A DNA stretch of 64,000 bases from an uncultured Actinomycetes bacterium. Lineage in GTDB: Bacteria; Actinomycetota; UBA4738; HRBIN12. The notes under the pieces were generated by a model. That model was not told where the DNA came from and did no database searches. It was given only the letters and a program-made list of their open reading frames with translations. Shown in pieces: positions 58,557 through 64,000 of the stretch; the stretch's first letter is position 1, and each line of letters begins with the position of its first letter. The DNA lies in the NCBI GenBank assembly GCA_963835415.1, contig CAWIFZ010000015.1, positions 67,582-131,581 of the forward strand. The letters are read 5' to 3'. The translations under genes were made by a program, and so were the position numbers.

Positions 58557-59390
58557 ATGGCCGGCTACGACCTGCACGTGCACACGAACCGATCCGACGG
58601 GACGTTCACGCCGACGGAAGCGGTCGACCTGGCCGTGGAACGCGGTCTGACCGGGATCGCGATCACGGATCACGACACGCTGGCCGGGTTGGATGAGGCA
58701 GCATCGGCGGCGGGCGACCGGATCGAGATCGTGCCCGGCATCGAGTTCTCCGCCGAGTACGAGGGGGCAAGCCTCCACGTCCTCGCGTACTGGATCGACC
58801 CCGCGAACGAGGCTCTGCGGACCGAGCTGACCCGGCTCACCGACACCCGGTTCCGCCGCGGCGAGCTGATGGTCGAGAAGCTGCAGGAGCTCGGCTATCC
58901 GATCGATTTCGACCGCGTGCGCGAGATCGCCGGTGGCGACACGATCGCTCGCCCCCATGTGGCACAGGCCATGGTCGAGGCCGGCATCGTCCCGAACGAG
59001 AAGGCCGCGTTCACCGAGGAGTTCATCGTCGACGGCGGTCGTGCGTGGGTGCCGAAGCACGCCCTGCATCCCCTGGACGCGCTCACCCTGATCGCTCAGG
59101 CGGGCGGCGTGTGCGTGCTGGCGCATCCCGGCATGTGGAAGGGGGCGGGGTCGGTGCCCGACGAACTGATCGAAGCGATGGCTCACGGCGGCATGGCCGG
59201 CCTGGAGGTCGACCATCCGGACCACGACGAGACCCAGCGGGCGAAGTATCGGGAGATGGCGGCGCGCTTGGGCCTGGTGGCGACGGGCGCGTCCGATTGC
59301 CACGGGCTGCGCTACGACCCCGTGCGACTGGGGAGCGAGACCACCAGCGCCGATCGCTTCGCCGAGCTCCGCGCCCGCGCCGTGGGCTGA
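58557..59390 (+). CDS. PHP-domain phosphoesterase (TrpH/YciV-like)
   Basis: DLHVHTNRSDG, AITDHDT and LAHPG motifs. Confidence 0.85.
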   Translation: MAGYDLHVHTNRSDGTFTPTEAVDLAVERGLTGIAITDHDTLAGLDEAASAAGDRIEIVPGIEFSAEYEGASLHVLAYWIDPANEALRTELTRLTDTRFRRGELMVEKLQELGYPIDFDRVREIAGGDTIARPHVAQAMVEAGIVPNEKAAFTEEFIVDGGRAWVPKHALHPLDALTLIAQAGGVCVLAHPGMWKGAGSVPDELIEAMAHGGMAGLEVDHPDHDETQRAKYREMAARLGLVATGASDCHGLRYDPVRLGSETTSADRFAELRARAVG

Positions 59391-59392
59391 CG

Positions 59393-60067
59393 ATGGCGGG
59401 GTTGGAGATGGTGTTCTTCGACATCGGCGGCGTGATGTACGACGACACGATCTACGCCCGGGCCATGCACACGGCGTTGCGCGCCCTGGGCGCGAGCTTC
59501 ACCGACCGGGAGTTCGACGACGTGTATCGCGAGGCGCGCGCCGCGCAATCCGGTTCGTTCCGCGGGTTGTTGGCGCGTCGGTTCCTCGGACCCGACGCCG
59601 ACATGGCCGCGTTGGAGGCCGAGGCATCCAAGCACTGGGCATACCCGCCCGAGGCGCTGCACGACGACGTCCGTCCGTGCTTGGCCTCACTCGCCGGGAG
59701 GTATCGCATGGGGATCATCGCGAACCAACCGAGCGCGGTGAAGGACGCGATCCGTCGTGACGGTCTGGACGGCTTCTTCGAGGTGTGGGGCGTCTCGGAC
59801 GACGTCGGGTTGGAGAAGCCCGATCCCGCGTTGTTCACACACGTCCTGCATGAAGCGGGCGTGGACCCGTCCTCGAGCGCGATGATCGGCGACCGGTTGG
59901 ACTACGACGTGCGCCCCGCGAAAGCGGCGGGGATGCGGGCGGTGTGGGTGTTGCGGGGTGAGGCGCCGGACGATCCGACGCCGGAACAGCTGGCCGAGGC
60001 GGACGCCGCGGTCCACGACCTGGCCGAGCTCCCACCGGCGCTGGAGGCGCTGGAGATGCGTCGATGA
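59393..60067 (+). CDS. HAD-superfamily hydrolase (subfamily IA-like)
   Basis: Motif I VFFDIGGVM, motif III EKPD and motif IV IGDRLDYD. Confidence 0.8.
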   Translation: MAGLEMVFFDIGGVMYDDTIYARAMHTALRALGASFTDREFDDVYREARAAQSGSFRGLLARRFLGPDADMAALEAEASKHWAYPPEALHDDVRPCLASLAGRYRMGIIANQPSAVKDAIRRDGLDGFFEVWGVSDDVGLEKPDPALFTHVLHEAGVDPSSSAMIGDRLDYDVRPAKAAGMRAVWVLRGEAPDDPTPEQLAEADAAVHDLAELPPALEALEMRR

Positions 60068-61352
60068 CGCCGAAGCGGATCCTCATCGTGGGCGGGGGGT
60101 TCGCCGGCATGTACGCCGCGATGGAGATGCGGCGTCTCGCGGATGCCGGTCACCAGGTGACGCTCGTCTCGGCCGAGAACTTCATGCAGTACCAGCCGTT
60201 CCTGCCCGAGGTCGCGTCCGGCACGATCGATCCGCGCGCGATCGTGGTGCCGCTCCGTCCGTTGCTCAAGCGGGCCACGATCGAGGTCGGCGAGGTCACG
60301 TCGATCGACCACGATGCGCGCAACGTCGACGTGCGGATCCCGGACGGCGGGACCGTGCGGCTGGAGTACGACGTGCTCGTCGTGACCGCGGGTTCCTGGT
60401 CGCGCGTGCTCCCCATCCCCGGGCTGGCCGAGCACGGGATCGGGTTCACGACGGTGCAAGAGGCCATCTACCTGCGGAACCACGTGCTCTCGCGGCTGGA
60501 TGTCGCCACGCAGACGCAGGATCCGAGCTGCGTCGCGCGGCGCTGACGTTCGTGTTCGTGGGAGCCGGATACGCCGGGGTGGAGGCGTTGGGGGAGCTGG
60601 AGGACCTGGCCCGCGACGCGATGCGCAACTACCCGAAGCTGCGTCCTTCCGAGATGCGGTGGGTCCTGGTCGAGGCGGCCGGCCGGATCCTGCCCGAGCT
60701 TCCGCCGGACCTCGCGGCGTACGCGCAGGCACAGCTGGCGGAGCGCAACATCGACGTGCTGTTGCACACCCGGCTCGACTCCGCGGAGGAGGGCACGATC
60801 CGGTTGTCGGACGGGCAGGCGTTCGCGGCCGACACGCTGGTCTGGACAGCGGGGGTGAAGCCGTCGCCGCTGGCCGGCGGCGCGTTGCCGGTCGACGAGC
60901 GCGGACGGGTCGTCGTGGACGACCATCTGCGCGTGGTGGGCGTGCCGGACGCGTGGGCCGCGGGCGACATCGCGGCCGTCCCGGACCGCACCACCGGCGG
61001 TCTGGCGCCCCCCACCGCGCAACACGCGATGCGGGAGGGGCGCCGCCTCGGCCGGAACGTCACCGCGACGATCCTGGGAGGGGAGCTCGCGCCGTTCGTC
61101 TGGAAGAACGTCGGCGGCGTCTGCTCGCTCGGGCGGTACAAGGGTGTCGCGAACGTGTTCGGCATCAACGTCAAAGGGTTCCTGGGGTGGTTCCTGCACC
61201 GCTCGTACCACCTGTGGGCGATGCCGACGATCGGACGGCGCGTGCGGATCGCGATCGACTGGACGATCGCGCTGCTGTTCCCGCGCGACATCACGCAGTT
61301 CGGCTCGTTCGAGGATCCGCGCGGTCCGTTCCGCCGCGCGGCGGGTTCGTAG
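60064..61352 (+). pseudogene. ndh: Type II NADH:quinone oxidoreductase (NDH-2), frameshifted (-1)
   Basis: ATGA overlap with the HAD stop. ILIVGGGFAGM is in the first frame; the second dinucleotide fold FVFVGAGYAGVE and AAGDIA are in the next. CCGAG at ~60525 where CCGGAG would keep the frame. Confidence 0.9.
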
Positions 61353-61357
61353 GCGCG

Positions 61358-61825
61358 CTACGCGCCCTTGCGTCGCTGCTTCTGGAGATCGCTCGCGGCC
61401 TGCAGCGCCTTGTGGCTCCGCGCGATGTCCGGCATCTCGTGGCCCCCGGCCAGCTCCTCGGCGGCCCACCGCGTCATGTCGCGGATCGAGATGATGCCCA
61501 CGACCTTCGCCCGGTCGACGACCGGCAGGTGGCGGATGTTGCGTGACGCCATGATCTCGGCCGCCTCGGCGATGTCGGTCTTCGGCGAGACGGTGGTGAG
61601 ATCGCGCCGCGTCATGCCGTGCACGACCTTGACGCTGTGCGGGTCGCCTCCCGCCGCCACCAGGTTCACGATGTCCCGCTCCGTGACGATGCCCTCGAGC
61701 TTCTTGCCTTCGAGGACGACGACCGAGGAGATGCCGTTGGACCGCATGATCTTCGCGACGTCGGCGAACGTGTCGTCGGCGCTGGCCGTCTTCACATCCG
61801 TGTGCATGATCTCTCCGACCTGCAT
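61358..61825 (-). CDS. CBS-pair (Bateman) domain protein
   Basis: Two CBS motifs (ISSVVVLEGKKLEGIVTERDI; IRHLPVVDRAKVVGIISIRDM). RBS GAGGAGG. Confidence 0.85.
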   Translation of the reverse strand: MQVGEIMHTDVKTASADDTFADVAKIMRSNGISSVVVLEGKKLEGIVTERDIVNLVAAGGDPHSVKVVHGMTRRDLTTVSPKTDIAEAAEIMASRNIRHLPVVDRAKVVGIISIRDMTRWAAEELAGGHEMPDIARSHKALQAASDLQKQRRKGA

Positions 61826-61874
61826 CTGTGCCTCCTCGGACGTTCGTGGCTCGGGTCGTTCGTGAGGATGGAGC

Positions 61875-62321
61875 CTACCGCGAGCGACGTGGCGGCGCCG
61901 TGTCTGGGCGATCCCAGACGAACATCACCGACTCGGGCTCCCGGCTGCCTCCCGCCGCCTGATACGTCGCCGTCGCGGCCGCGTTGGCGTCGTCGGTGAG
62001 CACCCACATCGCGTAGCAGCCGCGCTCCCACGCGAGCTCCCTGAGCGACCCCACGAGCGCGCGACCGATGCCCCGGCCGCGGAACGACTCGTCGACCCCC
62101 AGCTCGTAGAGGAACATCTCCGGTCCGGGCTTGTCCGGGTGGAGGAGCTCCACGCCCGTCACGAACCCCGCGGGCGCCTCTCCGTCGAACGCGACCAACA
62201 GGTGGTGGCGATCATCGGCGAGGAACGCGCGGGACGTCTCGGCGTCGATCACGTCGTCGAAGAGCGCTTCCGCCGCGGCGACGCGATCGATGTCGTCGGG
62301 TCCCAGCCGCTCGATCCGCAC
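61875..62321 (-). CDS. GNAT family N-acetyltransferase
   Basis: Acetyl-CoA motif A: VDESFRGRGIGRALV. Confidence 0.8.
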   Translation of the reverse strand: MRIERLGPDDIDRVAAAEALFDDVIDAETSRAFLADDRHHLLVAFDGEAPAGFVTGVELLHPDKPGPEMFLYELGVDESFRGRGIGRALVGSLRELAWERGCYAMWVLTDDANAAATATYQAAGGSREPESVMFVWDRPDTAPPRRSR

Positions 62322-62333
62322 CGAGGTATCGCC

Positions 62334-63683
62334 TCAGTGGTCGCTTCGGCCGCTGAAGTGGAACTCCTCGATCTTCAGCGCGGGCACGCGTGAGGATGAG
62401 AAGAAGAACTCGCTCGCCAGCTCTGCGTGTCGTCCGACGAGCGAGACGCTCGTCAGCGCGTCGATGATCGACTGCGTGAACCGGAAGTTCATGACCGGGC
62501 CGACGATCTCGCCGCGTTCGATCAGGAACGTGCCGTCGCGCGTCATGCCGGTGATGCTCGACTCGATCGGGTTCACGATGTTCGAGTAGTGGAAGCGCGT
62601 GACGAGCACGCCGCGCTCGGTGGACTTGATCATGTCCTCAACCGTCGCGTTGCCCTCCTGCATGAACAGGTTCAACGGGAACGGACCCTCGGGGTTGGGT
62701 GCGGGCAGGCCGTGGCCGGTGGAGGTCCTCCCGGACTGCTTGGCGGTGCGCAGGTCGTAGACCGCGTCCTTGAACACGCCGTCCTTGATCAGGTCGACGC
62801 GCTGGCGCGGAACGCCCTCGAAGTCGAACGCCGCGCCGAGCGTGCGCGGGTCGGTGCCGTCGTCCCAGATGGAGATCGAGGGCGCGGCCACCTGCTCGTC
62901 GGCCTTGCCGCTGAAGCACGAGCGATCCTCGATGTACCCGCGCCCGCCGAAGCCGACGTACGCGAGGAACCCCGCGAGCGTGGCCACGGCCGCCGGCTCC
63001 AGCACGACCGGGTAGGTCCCCGGTTCGAGCGCGACCGGCGACTGGCTGCGCACGGCCTTGTCCGCCGCTCGCGCGCCGAGCGCGTCCGGATCGATGAACG
63101 CGGACGAGCCGGAGAACGCCTCGGCGAACCCGCTGCCGTGCTCGCCGCCGGTCATCACCGTGGTGAGCGACGCCATCGTCCCGGGCGACCAGCACACCTG
63201 CCCCTCCGAGTTCGCGATGCCGAGCTCGGCGGCGGCCGTCTCGAACGCCCCCGCCGCGACGAACCCCGCGGGACAATGCTCGATCAACCGGGAGACGGTC
63301 TCGGCGCGCGCCGCGGGTGACGACTCGGCCGTGTCCTCGAAGAACCGGTCGACCGGGGGAACGGCCGCCTTCGGCGCCAGGCCGGGGAAGAGCGGGTCGG
63401 GCGCCGCGACCTCGGCCATCTCCTTCGCGCTCGCGGCGGCCTCGCGGGCTCCGCGTTCGGTGAAATCGTTCGACGACGCCACGCCGGTGCGGTTGCGGCT
63501 GACGACGCGCACCCGAAGCCCGGTGTCCTCGCGGAACGTCGACTGGTGGATCACGGAGTTGGCGAACCGGGTCAGCCCGCCCCATTCGTGCGTGTACAGG
63601 ACCTCGACGCCGTCGACCCCCTGGAGGTCGAGCGCGGCCGCGGCGACGGCTCGGAACCGATCCTCGCCGATCAACCCGGGCAT
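62334..63683 (-). CDS. pmbA: TldE/PmbA family metalloprotease subunit
   Basis: Full-length family pattern by eye (GGLTRFANS, FDFEGVPRQ, TGHG, VTRFHYSN). The start directly abuts the tldD stop (TAGATG). Confidence 0.85.
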   Translation of the reverse strand: MPGLIGEDRFRAVAAAALDLQGVDGVEVLYTHEWGGLTRFANSVIHQSTFREDTGLRVRVVSRNRTGVASSNDFTERGAREAAASAKEMAEVAAPDPLFPGLAPKAAVPPVDRFFEDTAESSPAARAETVSRLIEHCPAGFVAAGAFETAAAELGIANSEGQVCWSPGTMASLTTVMTGGEHGSGFAEAFSGSSAFIDPDALGARAADKAVRSQSPVALEPGTYPVVLEPAAVATLAGFLAYVGFGGRGYIEDRSCFSGKADEQVAAPSISIWDDGTDPRTLGAAFDFEGVPRQRVDLIKDGVFKDAVYDLRTAKQSGRTSTGHGLPAPNPEGPFPLNLFMQEGNATVEDMIKSTERGVLVTRFHYSNIVNPIESSITGMTRDGTFLIERGEIVGPVMNFRFTQSIIDALTSVSLVGRHAELASEFFFSSSRVPALKIEEFHFSGRSDH

Positions 63684-64000
63684 CTAACGAACCCCCACCT
63701 GCACGCCGCGGAAGCGCGCCGGCGACGTCCCGTGCCCCACGCGTCCGACCTGTCCGGGCTGGCCCTTGCCGCAGTTCGGCGTGCCCCACACGGTCCACTC
63801 CTCGCGGCCGCCGACGGCGTCGCAGGATCCCCAGAACTCCGGCGTGATCCCCGTGTAGTTCGGGTTCTTGACCATCTGCGCCAGCTTTCCGTTCTTCACC
63901 AGCCACGCGATCTCGCACCCGAACTGGAAGTTGATGCGCTTGTCGTCGATCGACCACGACTGGTTCGTGGCCATGAAGATGCCGTCCTTGGTGTCGCCGA
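63684..64000 (-). CDS. tldD: TldD family metalloprotease, C-terminal part (5' end outside the window)
   Basis: GDTKDGIFMATNQSWSIDDKR...GTPNCGKGQPGQ...; the frame is open to the window edge. Confidence 0.85.
   Translation of the reverse strand, partial: GDTKDGIFMATNQSWSIDDKRINFQFGCEIAWLVKNGKLAQMVKNPNYTGITPEFWGSCDAVGGREEWTVWGTPNCGKGQPGQVGRVGHGTSPARFRGVQVGVR

Overview
This is a gene-dense, very GC-rich bacterial chromosomal segment. Third codon positions are almost uniformly G/C, GTG/TTG starts are frequent, and many genes share 4-nt GTGA/ATGA start-stop overlaps. The content suggests an actinobacterium-like organism: an FdxA-type 7Fe ferredoxin, several F420-type enzyme families and an AT-hook nucleoid-protein candidate. 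No rRNA is present in the window to confirm this.

I resolve 73 protein-coding loci. I found no rRNA, tRNA, CRISPR array, transposase, integrase or phage genes.

Main blocks, in order:
- Fe-S and redox genes (0-5 kb).
- A CoA-related mini-operon.
- Reverse-transsulfuration genes (CBS, DUF429, cystathionine gamma-lyase).
- A convergent REC-GGDEF / REC-EAL pair.
- A histidine-utilisation cluster (hutU, hutH, hutI) with two unexpected passenger genes.
- A tightly coupled membrane protein / CPBP / PNPOx / SRPBCC block, followed by PAP2, lgt and cydAB.
- Mrp/ApbC with a divergent ArsR-type regulator.
- An orphan pilT.
- Two ECF sigma/anti-sigma pairs flanking an NfeD-stomatin operon.
- A ~9 kb one-strand glycerol locus (glpF-dhaK-dhaL-glpK-glpA'-sdhB'C'D'-dhaM::ptsI) facing a divergent dhaL-paralogue/IclR operon.

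Two things stand out:
1. The glycerol-3-phosphate dehydrogenase looks like a chimeric four-subunit enzyme, with a truncated GlpA flavoprotein translationally coupled to SdhB/C/D-like subunits.
2. Fifteen otherwise well-conserved genes are interrupted by single-base frameshifts (16 junctions, 14 of them net +1). This most likely reflects consensus indel error but needs read-level checking.

All functional calls come from motif recognition by eye. No database search or numeric computation was run.
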